Shown: piece after piece, positions 38,221 to 49,469 of the stretch
How the letters are laid out: every line of letters starts with the position of its first letter
Numbering within the stretch: the stretch's first letter is position 1
NCBI RefSeq assembly: GCF_963921235.1
Contig: NC_086097.1
Span: forward strand, 125,366,001 to 125,430,000
Reading direction: 5' to 3'
DNA length: 64,000 nucleotides
DNA from: Mobula hypostoma
Lineage: Eukaryota
Program-made: the position numbers and the translations under genes
Notes under the pieces: model-generated
The model's input: only the letters and a program-made list of their open reading frames with translations
What the model was told of the DNA's origin: nothing
Database searches by the model: none

Positions 38221-39554
38221 AATAGTCAACTGGGATATGCTTCACAGGGGTGGTTTCATCTGCAAACTTGTAGATGGAGTTAGAATAAAATCTGGCCACA
38301 CAGTCATGAATGTACAGGGAGTAGAGCAGAGGGCTAAGGATGCAACCCTGTGCAGCACCAGTGTTTAGAATAATCATGATGGAGGTTTGGCTGCCTATCC
38401 CTACTGATTGTGGTCAGAAAGTCGAGGATCAAGTTGCAGATGGATGCATTAACTCATGGTTCAGAGTTTATTGACACATTTGCTTGGAATTATAGTTAAT
38501 AAACACCAGTCTGACATATGTGTCTTTACTGTCCAAATGCTCCAGAGATGAGCGTAGGGCCAGGGAAATGGCATCCGCCGCAGACCTGTTTTGGCAGTGG
38601 GTCGAGGTTGTCTGGAAAGCAGGAATTGATGCGTTGCATGACCAGTCTCTCAAAGCACTCCATGATGGTAGATGCTGGACTCACTGGGCAATAGTCATTA
38701 AGGCGCGTTATCTTGTTTTTCTTCGGTACCAGAATGATAGTGATCTTCTTAAATCAGGAGGGAACTGCAGTCTAGAGCCGAGAGAGGTTTAAAAACTCTC
38801 CAATACAACATGAGACAAATTGGTGGAACAAAACTATTCCCTGGATTGCAATCTTCTGAGGCTGTAATTTCCAGTTTGGGAAGCCTGAAGAGAAGCCACA
38901 GCTCGATGATAAGAGGCATAGATTGAGTAGACAGCCAAAGTCTTTTTCCAGGGTGGAAATGGCTAATGGAAAGGGACATAATTTTAAGGTGATTGGAGGA
39001 AAGTATGGGGAGATGTCAGAGGTAAGCTCTTAACTTTCCAGAGGTAGTGATAGAGACAGATACATTAGGGACATTTAAGAAACTCCTAGATAGGCACATG
39101 GATGACAGAAAAATGGAGGACTATGTAAGAGGGAAGGATTAGATTGATTTTAGAGTAACTTAAAAGGTCGGCACAACATTGTGGGCCGAAGGGCCTGTAC
39201 TGTGTAGTATGTTCTATGTTGTATGTCACCTCCAATGCCATGCAGGTTTTCTGAGCATCTCATGCCCAATACTGCAGTTTGATATTTATATAAGGAAAGG
39301 AAAACAGACAGTAAAAGTCTTCAGTGTGAGCGTCTTCAGTTTTAGTACCTTAATCTATTGTTAATAACAGTTGAGATAATATCTCAGTCAGATGAATAGG
39401 ACTGATCCAAATGTATCATCATGATGTGCACAGTTAAATGACAATTTTGGCAAATGCTTCATCACATATAAAGCCTGAATAAATCATGCCTTGTCATCTA
39501 CCTCACTATCACCTCTTCCCCAGTGAAGATAATGCAAATAATGGAAACATTCTC

Positions 39555-40110
39555 AACATAATTGTGGACTTCAGGAAGGGTAAGATGAGGTTACACAAAC
39601 CAACCTTCAGAGGATCAGATGTGGAAAGAGTGAGCAATTTCAAGTTCCTAGGTGTCAAAATCTATAAAGATCTACCCTGGACACAACATATCGATGCAGT
39701 TAAAAAGAAGGCACAACAGCGGCAATATTTCATTAGCAGTTCGAAGAGCATCCAGGACATCTTCAAACAGCGGTGCCTCAGAAAGGCAGCGCCCATCATT
39801 AAAGACCCCCATCACCTAGAACATGCCCTCTTCTCATTACTACAATCAGGGAGGAGGTACTGGAACCTGAAGGCACACTCTCAATGATTCAGGACCAGCT
39901 ACTTCCCCTCCGCCATCAGATTTCTGAATGGACATTGAACTCATGAACACCTCATCACTAATTTTTTTTTGCACTACTTATTTAATTTAACTATTATATT
40001 TTATTTATACAAACGTTTGTATATATATTCAGTTTTTATTATTATGTATTGCAATGTACAAATTTCACGACATATGCCAGTGATATTAAACTTGATTCTC
40101 ATTCTAATTT
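39555..40110 (+). mobile_element. Degenerate Rex1/Babar-type LINE 3' fragment
   Basis: IIVDFRKG...VERVSNFKFLGV...AAPIIKDPHHLEHALFSLLQSGRRY. Confidence 0.7.
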
Positions 40111-40407
40111 TGATCTCCTTCAAGCTCACAAGCACTTTGGTTTGGATATATACGTTTGCCATCACTGTGTTAATTTCCAAAAAAAAGCCACCATCAGCAT
40201 AAGGAATGCTACAATTCAAGTGATGTAGCCTTGTCAGCATTGTGCAGAACTCAACTTGCAAACAAAATTATAAATAAATTCTTTCCCAAGTTAATGGTCA
40301 AGGTCCCACCACAATCAAGTAAACAACTCAAATTGAAGACGTGATCTGTCAACAAAAGTCTAAATTGCTAGTAATATCATCAAGATTCAGGACGTATTTA
40401 GCTTACA

Positions 40408-40791
40408 AACGTATAAGATCCTAAAGGGATTGGACAGGCTAGATGCGGGAAGATTGTTCCCGATGTTGGGGAGGTCTAGAACGAGGGGTCACAGTTTGAG
40501 GATAGAGGGGAAGCCTTTTAGGACCGAGGTTAGGAAAAACTTCTTCACACAGAGAGTGGTGAATCTGTGGAATTCTCTGCCACAGCAAACTGTTGAGGCC
40601 AGTTCATTAGCTATGTTTAAAAGGAAGTTAGATATGGCCCTTGTGGCTACAGGGGTCACGGGGTATGGAGGGAAGGCTGGGTTCTGAGTTGGATGATCAG
40701 CCATGATCATAATAAATGGCGGTGCAGGCTCGAAGGGCCGAATGGCCTACTCCTGCACCTATTTTCTATGTTTCTATGTTTCTATGTTTCT
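40408..40791 (+). mobile_element. CR1-clade LINE (family A, short-tail subfamily), 3' 380 nt
   Basis: Near-identical to the 3' end of 44520-47590; (TTCTATGT)3 tail. Confidence 0.92.
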
Positions 40792-41454
40792 ACAAGAATG
40801 TTTGGGAAAATGATTCAATTTGGATATAATTACAGAAAGACCCAAATAATATAAACAATTATACCATCCTTGCAACATGTTAAATTTAGGAATAGAAGAA
40901 GGGAAAAATCAACCAATTTAATACCACTATATCACCACTGTAGCTATCATGGGCTCCAAGTCAAAATCCTTTGTCTACTGAGTGCAATGGGATTACTAAT
41001 TTCTTCCAAGATGAACCATGGCAATCTGTTGCGGGCTGTTTACAGAACTTCTCAATATACTTCTTCTGAGTTACTCTCAATGCAATCTAAGCCTGTAATT
41101 TCCCTTTAAGCAATGTACTTTTGAACCATCTTAATGAACTAGCAAATTCATGATCTTCTGAAGGACTTGGTGGTCTAGGCTCTCAAGTATGCAGGTATGG
41201 CACCTTTAAACTGATGAAGGTACATCGCCATGGAGGAGAGGGAGAACGGTAGGACTCCAAGGAAGACTGAAGTGTGGAAGAATGAGAGTTCCACTTCCCA
41301 TTGTCTTGTTAGCAGATGTACAGTTGCTGGAGAACAAGTGCGAGGAGTGGCGCCCCACACAGACTTCCAATCTGCGCCTTGTAAGGCATGAAAATGCCCA
41401 ATGCAGGCCTCTCATGGTCTGAGTCAATGTTCCCTCCCCTCCCCCCCTCCCCCG

Positions 41455-42866
41455 GTAGCATTGCCTTTAAATTGTTTAACTTGGGTCCTTGGATCAAACA
41501 TTTTGGGTTACCTTCCACAAGCTTCTCACAGTAAGTTGCTGGAATTTTGTTCCATTCCTCCAGACAGAACTGATGTAACTGAGTCAGGTTTGTAGGCCTC
41601 CTTGCTTGCACATGCTTTTTCAGTTCTGTCCACAAATTTTCTATCGGATTGAGGTGAGGGCTTTGTGATGGCCACTCCAATACCTTGACTTTGTTGTCCT
41701 TAAGCAATTTTGCCACAACTTTGGAGGTATGCTTGGGGTCATTGTCCATTTGGAAGACCCATTTGCAACGGAGTTTTAACTTCCTGGCTAATGTCTTGAG
41801 ATGTTGCTTCAATATATCCACATCATTTTCCTTCCTCATGATGCCATCTATTTTGTGAAGTGCACCAGTCCCTCCTGCAGCAAAGCACCCCCACAACATG
41901 ATGCTGCCACCCCATGCTTCACGGTTGGAATGGTGTTCTTCAGCTTGTAAGCCTCACCCTTTTTCCTCCAAACATAACAATGGTCATTATGGCCAAACAG
42001 TTCAATTTTTGTTTCATCAGACCAGAGGATATTTCTCCAAAAAGTAAGATCTTTGTCCCCATGTGCACTTGCAAAGTGTAGTCTGGCTTTTTTATGGCGG
42101 TTTTGGAGCAGTGGCTTCTTCCTTGCTGAGCAGCCTTTCAGGTTATGTCGATATAGGACTCGTTTTACTGTGGCTATAGATACTTGTCTACCTGTTTCCT
42201 CCAGCATCTTCACAAGGTCCTTTGCTGTTGTTCTGGGATTGATTTGCACTTTTCGCGCCAAAGTACGTTCATCTCTAGGAGACAGAATGCGTCTCCTTCC
42301 TGAGCGGTATGACGGCTGCGTGGTCCCATGGTGTTTATACTTGCGTACTATTGTTTGTTACAGATGAACGTGGTACCTTCAGGCGTTTGGAAATTGCTCC
42401 CAAGGATGAACCAGACTTGACATCATTTTTTGACTTCAATCCGATAGAAAATTTGCGGTCAGAACTGAAAAACCATGTGCGAGCAAGAAGGCCTACAAAC
42501 CTGACTCAGTTACACCAGTTCTGTCTGGAGGAATGGAACAAAATTCCAGCAACTTACTGGGAGAAGCTTGTGGAAGGCCACCCAAAACATTTGACCCAAG
42601 TTAAACAATTTAAAGGCAATGCTACCAAATACTAACAAAGTGTTATGTAAACTTCTGACCCACTGGGAAAGTGATGAAAGAAATAAAAGCTGAAATAAAT
42701 CATTCTCTCTACTATTATTCTGACATTTCACATTCTTAAAATAAAGTAGTGATCCTAACTGACCTAAGACAGGGAATGTTTTCTAGGATTAAATGTCAGG
42801 AATTGTGAAAAACTGAGTTTAAATGTATTTGGCTAAGGTGTATGTAAACTCCTGACTTCATCTGTA
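41455..42866 (-). mobile_element. Sleeping Beauty-like Tc1 transposon, frameshifted and rearranged as a fold-back
   Basis: Minus strand 41455-42419 encodes KVQINPRTTAKDLVKMLEETG...WSDETKIELFGHNDH...FQMDNDPKHTSK...WPSQSPHLNPIENLW. Plus strand 42432-42635 repeats the C-terminus ...QVKQFKGNATKY*, followed by an IR/DR (about 42640-42864) ending GTGTATGTAAACTCCTGACTTCATCTG|TA. Confidence 0.93.
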
Positions 42867-42919
42867 ACTTGCAACACCAGAGACCCCAACATTCTCAACT
42901 ACTGCTATACTACAATCAG

Positions 42920-44225
42920 GAATGTCTACTGTTCCATGCCTAGACCGTATTTCCGCAAACTGAACCACTTGACAACAAAGAGGTGGTCGTGAGAGCAGAG
43001 GAGCAGCCAGAGGATTGCTTTGAGTCAGTGGAATGGGGCATGTTCAAGGGCTCAAGGATCTGAGCGAATGCACGACGTTTGTCATGCACTTTATAGAAAC
43101 AGTCATAGATGAATGCATCCCCCAAAATTATTCAGAGCTTTCCAAAAGCAGAAGTACTGGATGAACTATGAAATCCGCAGTCTGCTAAGGGCCAGATCAG
43201 TGGCATTCGGGAAGGGCAAGCATGTCAGATATAAGAGGTCCAGGTAAGAGCTCCAGAAAGCCATCTCACGTGTGAAGTGGCAACTCTGGACCTAACCTGG
43301 ATCACTGAAGGATACAAAATGGCTGTGGCAGGGCTTGACTGCCTTCAGTTCTTACAAAGAGGAACCAAGCAAAACAGATGACAACGAGGCTTTGCTCCCA
43401 GATGAGCTCAATGCCTTCTATGCTCACTTTGACCTTCAAAACATGGAGAAATCTTCATGAATTTTCACAGCCCCTGATGATCCTGTGATTTAAGACTCTG
43501 AGGCTAATGTGAGAGCATCGTTCAGAGGGCGAACCCAGGGAAAGCATCCATCCCAGATGGGGTACCTGGCCGAGTACTAAAGACCTGTGCTGATCAAAAG
43601 GCTGGGTGTTCACTGACATCTTTAACCTCTCATTTCGGCAGTCTAAGGTACCCACTTGTTTCAAGCAGGCTTAATTATACCGGTGCCCAGGAAGACCATG
43701 GTAACCTGCCTCAATGATTATCATCCAGTAGCACTTACATCCACATTGATGAAGTGCTTTGAGAGGCTGGTGATGAAACATAGCAACTCCTCCCTGAGAG
43801 CGACTTGGATCCACTCCAATTTGCCTACCAGCACAAGAAGTCCGCAGCAGATAGTACAGAAGCCTCAGGACCTACACCACCAGGTTCAGGAACAGATATT
43901 ATCCCTCAACCATCAGGCTCTTGAACCAGAGGAGGTAACTTCACTCAATTTCACCTGCCCCATCACTGAACTGTTCCCACAACCTCTGGACTCACATTCG
44001 AGGACTCTTCATCACATGTTCTCAATATTTATTGCTTACTTATTTGTTTGTTTGTTTTACTTTTGTATTTTCAGTTCGCTCTCCCATCGAAATTGTTTGT
44101 TTACCCTGTTGGGTGTGTTCTTCCATTGCATTTCTTGGATTTACTTTGTATGCCCACAAGAAACTGAATCTCAGGCTTGTATATGACATACTCGTATTTT
44201 CAAAATAAATTTGCCTTGAACTTTA
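42920..44225 (+). mobile_element. Degenerate Rex1/Babar-type LINE
   Basis: PDELNAFYAHF and [33 protein letters not shown]. Confidence 0.75.
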
Positions 44226-44519
44226 ATGGGTCACAGAAACATCTCCCGACAATTTTTGAAATTACTGCCTCCTGAAATAATGCTCTCCTCCAGCCATGAC
44301 TATTTAACCATGTTACCATGGCATTTATGATAAAAATATCACAATAATAATTAGGTTCTTAGCAAATCCTGATACACTATATAACTTGGCAATAACATGC
44401 ACCTTTCAATAACACTGGACAACAAATTTTTTTTTAAGTGTTGCTTTCTTGGATTTTTTTTTGTTTATGAAGCAAACACAAGTGCTTGAAGCTAAACACA
44501 AATATATTATCAGACTACT

Positions 44520-47500
44520 TAGAAACATAGAAACATAGAAAATAGGTGCAGGAGTAGGCCATTCGGCCCTTCGAGCCTGCACCGCCATTTATTATGATCA
44601 TGGCTGATCATCCAACTCAGAACCCAGCCTTCCCTCCATACCCCCTGACCCCTGAAGCCACAAGGGCCATATCTAACTTCCTTTTAAACATAGCTAATGA
44701 ACTGGCCTCAACAGTTTGCTGTGGCAGAGAATTCCACAGATTCACCACTCTCTGTGTGAAGAAGTTTTTCCTAACCTCGGTCCTAAAAGGCTTCCCCTCT
44801 ATCCTCAAACTGTGACCCCTCGTTCTAGACCTCCCCAACATCGGGAACAATCTTCCTGCATCTAGCCTGTCCAATCCCTTTAGGATCTTATACGTTTCAA
44901 TCAGATCCCCCCTCAATCTTCTAAATTCCAACGAGTACAAGCCCAGTTCATCCAGTCTTTCTTCATATGAAAGACCTGCCATCCCAGGAATCAATCTGGT
45001 GAACCTTCTTTGTACTCCCTCTATGGCAAAGATGTCTTTCCTCAGATTAGGGGACCAAAACTGCACACAATACTCCAGGTGTGGTCTCACCAAGGCCTTG
45101 TACAACTGCAGTAGTACCTCCCTGCTCCTGTACTCGAATCCTCTCGCTATAAATGCCAGCATACCGTTCGCCTTTTTCACCGCCTGCTGTACCTGCATGC
45201 CCACTTTCAATGACTGGTGTATAATGACACCCAGGTCTCGTTGCACCTCCCCTTTTCCTAATCGGCCACCATTCAGATAATAATCTGTTTTCCTATTTTT
45301 GCCACCAAAGTGGATAACTTCACATTTATCCACATTAAATTGCATCTGCCATGAGTTTGCCCACTCACCCAACCTATCCAAGTCACCCTGCATCCTCTTA
45401 GCATCCTCCTCACTGCTAACACTGCCACCCAGCTTCGTGTCATCCGCAAACTTGGAGATGCTGCATTTAATTCCCTCATCCAAGTCATTAATATATATTG
45501 TAAACAACTGGGGTCCCAGCACTGAGCCTTGCGGTACCCCACTAGTCACCGCCTGCCATTCTGAAAAGGTCCCGTTTATTCCCACTCTTTGCTTCCTGTC
45601 TGCTAACCAATTCTCCACCCACACCAATACCTTACCCCCAATACCGTGTGCTTTAAGTTTGCACACTAATCTCCTATGTGGGACCTTGTCAAAAGCCTTT
45701 TGAAAATCCAAATATACCACATCCACTGGTTCTCCCCTATCCACTCTACTAGTTACATCCTCAAAAAATTCTATGAGATTCGTCAGACATGATTTTCCTT
45801 TCACAAATCCATGCTGACTTTGTCCGATCATTTCACCGCTTTCCAAATGTGCTGTTATCACATCCTTGATAACTGACTCCAGCAGTTTCCCCACCACCGA
45901 CGTTAGGCTAACCGGCCTATAATTCCCCGGTTTCTCTCTCCCTCCTTTTTTAAAAAGTGGGGTTACATTAGCCACCCTCCAATCCTCAGGAACTAGTCCA
46001 GAATCTAACGAGTTTTGAAAAATTATCACTAATGCATCCACTATTTCTTGGGCCACTTCCTTAAGCACTCTGGGATGCAGACCATCTGGCCCTGGGGATT
46101 TATCTGCCTTCAATCCCTTCAATTTACCTAACACCACTTCCCTACTAACATGTATTTCGCTCAGTTCCTCCATCTCACTGGACCCTCTGTCCCTTACTAT
46201 TTCTGGAAGATTATTTATGTCCTCCTTAGTGAAGACAGAACCAAAGTAATTATTCAATTGGTCTGCCATGTCCTTGCTCCCCATAATCAATTCACCTGTT
46301 TCTGTTTGCAGGGGACCTACATTTGTCTTTATCAGTCTTTTCCTTTTTACATATCTATAAAAGCTTTTACAGTCCGTTTTTATGTTCTCTGCCAGTTTTC
46401 TCTCATAATCTTTTTTCCCCTTCCTAATTAAGCCCTTTGTCCTCCTCTGCTGAACTCTGAATTTCTCCCAGTCCTCAGGTGAGCCACTTTCTCTGGCTAA
46501 TTTGTATGCTACTTCTTTGGAATTGATACTATCCCTAATTTCTCTTGTCAGCCACGGGTGCACTACCTTCCTTGATTTATTCTTTTGCCAAACTGGGATG
46601 AACAATTGTTGTAGTTCATCCATGCAACCTTTAAATGCCTGCCATTGCATATCCACCGTCAATCCTTGAAGTGTCATTTGCCAGTCTATCTTAGCTAATT
46701 CATGTCTCATACCTTCAAAGTTACCCCTCTTTAAGTTCAGAACCTTTGTTTCTGAATTAACTACGTCACTCTCCATGTTAATGAAGAATTCCACCATATT
46801 ATGGTCACTCTTACCCAAGGGGCCTCTCACGACAAGATCGCTAATTAACCCTTCCTCATTGCTCAAAACCCAGTCCAGAATAGCCTGCTCTCTAGTCGGT
46901 TCCTCGACATGTTGGTTCAAAAAACCATCCCGCATACATTCCAAGAAATCCTCTTCCTCAGCACCTTTACCAATTTGGTTCACCCAGTCTACATGTAGAT
47001 TGAAGTCACCCATTATAACTGCTGTTCCTTTATTGCACACATTTCTAATTTCCTGTTTAATACCATCTCCGACCTCACTACTACTGTTAGGTGGCCTGTA
47101 CACAACTCCCACCAGCGTCTTCTGCCCCTTAGTGTTACGCAGCTCTACCCATATCGATTCCACATCTTCCCGGCTTATGTCCTTCCTTTCTATTGCGTTA
47201 ATCTCTTTTTTAACCAGCAACGCCACCCCACCTCCCCTTCCTTCGTGTCTATCCCTCCTGAATATTGAATATCCCTGAACGTTGAGCTCCCATCCCTGGT
47301 CACCCTGGAGCCATGTCTCTGTGATCCCAACTATATCATAATCATTAATAACAATCTGCACTTTCAATTCATCCACCTTATTACGAATGCTCCTTGCATT
47401 GACACATAAAGCCTTCAGGCACTCTTTTACAACTCTCTTAGCCCTTTTTAATGCTTGCCCTGGATTTGTCGGCCTGCCACTTTTACTTTTCCCCTTTGTA

Positions 47501-47590
47501 CTTTTTGCTTCTACGCTCACTTTACACCCCTCTGTCTCTCTGCACTGGTTCCCATCCCTCTGTTGTGAACTAACCCCCTCACACCTAGCC
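44520..47590 (-). mobile_element. CR1-clade LINE (family A), long young copy lacking most of ORF1
   Basis: Contains an uninterrupted ORF2 and the (TTCTATGT)n 3' tail at 44520-44542. Confidence 0.95.
44617..47520 (-). CDS. CR1 ORF2: apurinic-like endonuclease plus reverse transcriptase (967 codons, no stops)
   Basis: APE motifs NARSI, ITETW, MGDFN, SDH; RT motifs [25 protein letters not shown]. Confidence 0.93.
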   Translation of the reverse strand: MSVEAKSTKGKSKSGRPTNPGQALKRAKRVVKECLKALCVNARSIRNKVDELKVQIVINDYDIVGITETWLQGDQGWELNVQGYSIFRRDRHEGRGGGVALLVKKEINAIERKDISREDVESIWVELRNTKGQKTLVGVVYRPPNSSSEVGDGIKQEIRNVCNKGTAVIMGDFNLHVDWVNQIGKGAEEEDFLECMRDGFLNQHVEEPTREQAILDWVLSNEEGLISDLVVRGPLGKSDHNMVEFFINMESDVVNSETKVLNLKRGNFEGMRHELAKIDWQMTLQGLTVDMQWQAFKGCMDELQQLFIPVWQKNKSRKVVHPWLTREIRDSINSKEVAYKLARESGSPEDWEKFRVQQRRTKGLIRKGKKDYERKLAENIKTDCKSFYRYVKRKRLIKTNVGPLQTETGELIMGSKDMADQLNNYFGSVFTKEDINNLPEIVRDRGSSEMEELSEIHVSREVVLGKLKGLKADKSPGPDGLHPRVLKEVAQEIVDALVIIFQNSLDSGLVPEDWRVANVTPLFKKGGREKPGNYRPVSLTSVVGKLLESVIKDVITAHLESGEMIGQSQHGFVKGKSCLTNLIEFFEDVTSRVDRGEPVDVVYLDFQKAFDKVPHRRLVCKLKAHGIGGKVLVWVENWLADRKQRVGINGTFSEWQAVTSGVPQGSVLGPQLFTIYINDLDEGIKCSISKFADDTKLGGSVSSEEDAKRMQGDLDRLGEWANSWQMQFNVDKCEVIHFGGKNRKTDYYLNGGRLGKGEVQRDLGVIIHQSLKVGMQVQQAVKKANGMLAFIARGFEYRSREVLLQLYKALVRPHLEYCVQFWSPNLRKDIFAIEGVQRRFTRLIPGMAGLSYEERLDELGLYSLEFRRLRGDLIETYKILKGLDRLDAGRLFPMLGRSRTRGHSLRIEGKPFRTEVRKNFFTQRVVNLWNSLPQQTVEASSLAMFKRKLDMALVASGVRGYGGKAGF

Positions 47591-48406
47591 GCTTTATCAC
47601 ATAGGAATTTGGAGAAACAAGAAATTAACTTTTATTGAATATAATGCATTTCATTGCATAATGTGCTGATGCTTTACAATACGTAGTTCAATTAGGCTAA
47701 AAATGTTTTGTTGATGATTATCATTTGTTTTCTGTCTGAGGCTTCTTGCTTAAGTGTCCAACAATAATCAGTCAGCATTGATGGATTCTAGTTGCCCTGA
47801 TACCGTTTCTCCATAACCACAATGTCCTGGTGAAACGTTTCACCATGTTCGTCACTGACAGCACCATGATTTGCAGGGAAGAAATCTTAATGGGAACACA
47901 GAAAAAGTATCTTTAATGACAAGTTGCACTTCAGGGTTTTGAATGCTCAAAGCATGTTGTCAACCAGCTGCACCTAGTTTGGTGCTCTGTAGTTGCCAAG
48001 AAAATTTTCAACAACATCCTTGAATGCCTTCCGTGCGATTTTCTCCAATCGCACTGGAAGTTCTTCAAACTGCCTGTCATTAATGACCTGATTGATTTGT
48101 GGACCAACAAAAATGCCTCCCTTCATCTTTGCATCAGTTATTCTGACTTGAATTATAAATTGAAATAGGTGATTTTTTAAAAATGGTGTGTGATAGGGAA
48201 ATTTCATGGTGATTTTCATGATCAGCAGCCCAAAATCCATAAGATACACCCAAAAGTATTCAGGAAGTAAAATCCTTGGTGTCCAGTGTGATTCAACACA
48301 GACCCAGTGAGATTATAGATTCACAAATTCTAAACAGAACTCACAATGAGAATATAAGAAAAAGCCAAGGAGTACCAGATTATCAAAACATTTTAAGGTT
48401 ACGCTA

Positions 48407-48877
<471 letters not shown>

Positions 48878-49469
48878 TTACAGTGAATACAAGCCAACAT
48901 GCCAAGTATTTGACAGCAGCAACAACATCATTTCAAAATATCAAACACATCAAAATTGTGCAAGACTTTAACAACAGAAATGTCTGCACATATAATTGAA
49001 GATAACTCCAAAATCCTGGTCAGATCCACATTCAGAAGCTTTTTTAAGAACATGTATTATTATCATGATCCATCATAATCAGCTCAGAAAGGAGGGCTTT
49101 CTGCATATGAAATAGATCCTGAATTAATAAGGCTTTATTGGTCAGACACATTTTGAGTATTTTGGGCAGTGTTAGGCACATTATCTAAGGAAGGATGAGC
49201 TGATAATGGAGAGGCTCCAGAGGAAGTTCACAAGAACGGAAAGGATGTTTCCTACAGTGGGGGAAACTAGGACTGAGGGCACAGCTTCAGAATATAAATA
49301 TGTCTCTTTAGAACAGAAATGAAGGGGAATCTCTTTAGCTAGCGGGTGTTAATCTGTGGAATTTATTGCCACAGATGGAGTGTGGGCCAAGTCTTTGGGT
49401 ATATTTAGAAAGGCAATTAGCAGGTACTTCAAAGTAAGGCCATCAAAGGTTTCAGGGAGATGGCACAAG

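Larger units (their letters stand above)
36180..38770 (-). mobile_element. Degenerate Rex1/Babar LINE split by the Penelope-like insertion
   Basis: NTGAAQGCILSPLLYSLYIHDC...IYKFADET and [30 protein letters not shown]. Confidence 0.7.
44413..48288 (-). mobile_element. Chapaev3-like (CMC superfamily) DNA transposon, internally deleted, containing a CR1 insertion
   Basis: TIRs CACTGGACAACAAATTTT and AAAATCCTTGGTGTCCAGTG; flanks TAA and TGA. Remnant DAKMKGGIFVGPQI...FKDVVENFLGNYRAPN, and GAVSDEHGETFHQDI..MEKRYQG at about 47795-47870. Confidence 0.78.

Noticed and set aside
41309..41899. 196-aa transposase ORF as an active or domesticated gene
   Set aside because: It is frameshifted relative to the N-terminal part, lacks the start, and runs into unrelated sequence.
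44999..47278. Plus-strand ORFs overlapping the CR1 ORF2 (also at 33643-34347 on the minus strand)
   Set aside because: They are antisense shadow frames of the RT gene, repeated only because the LINE copies are similar.
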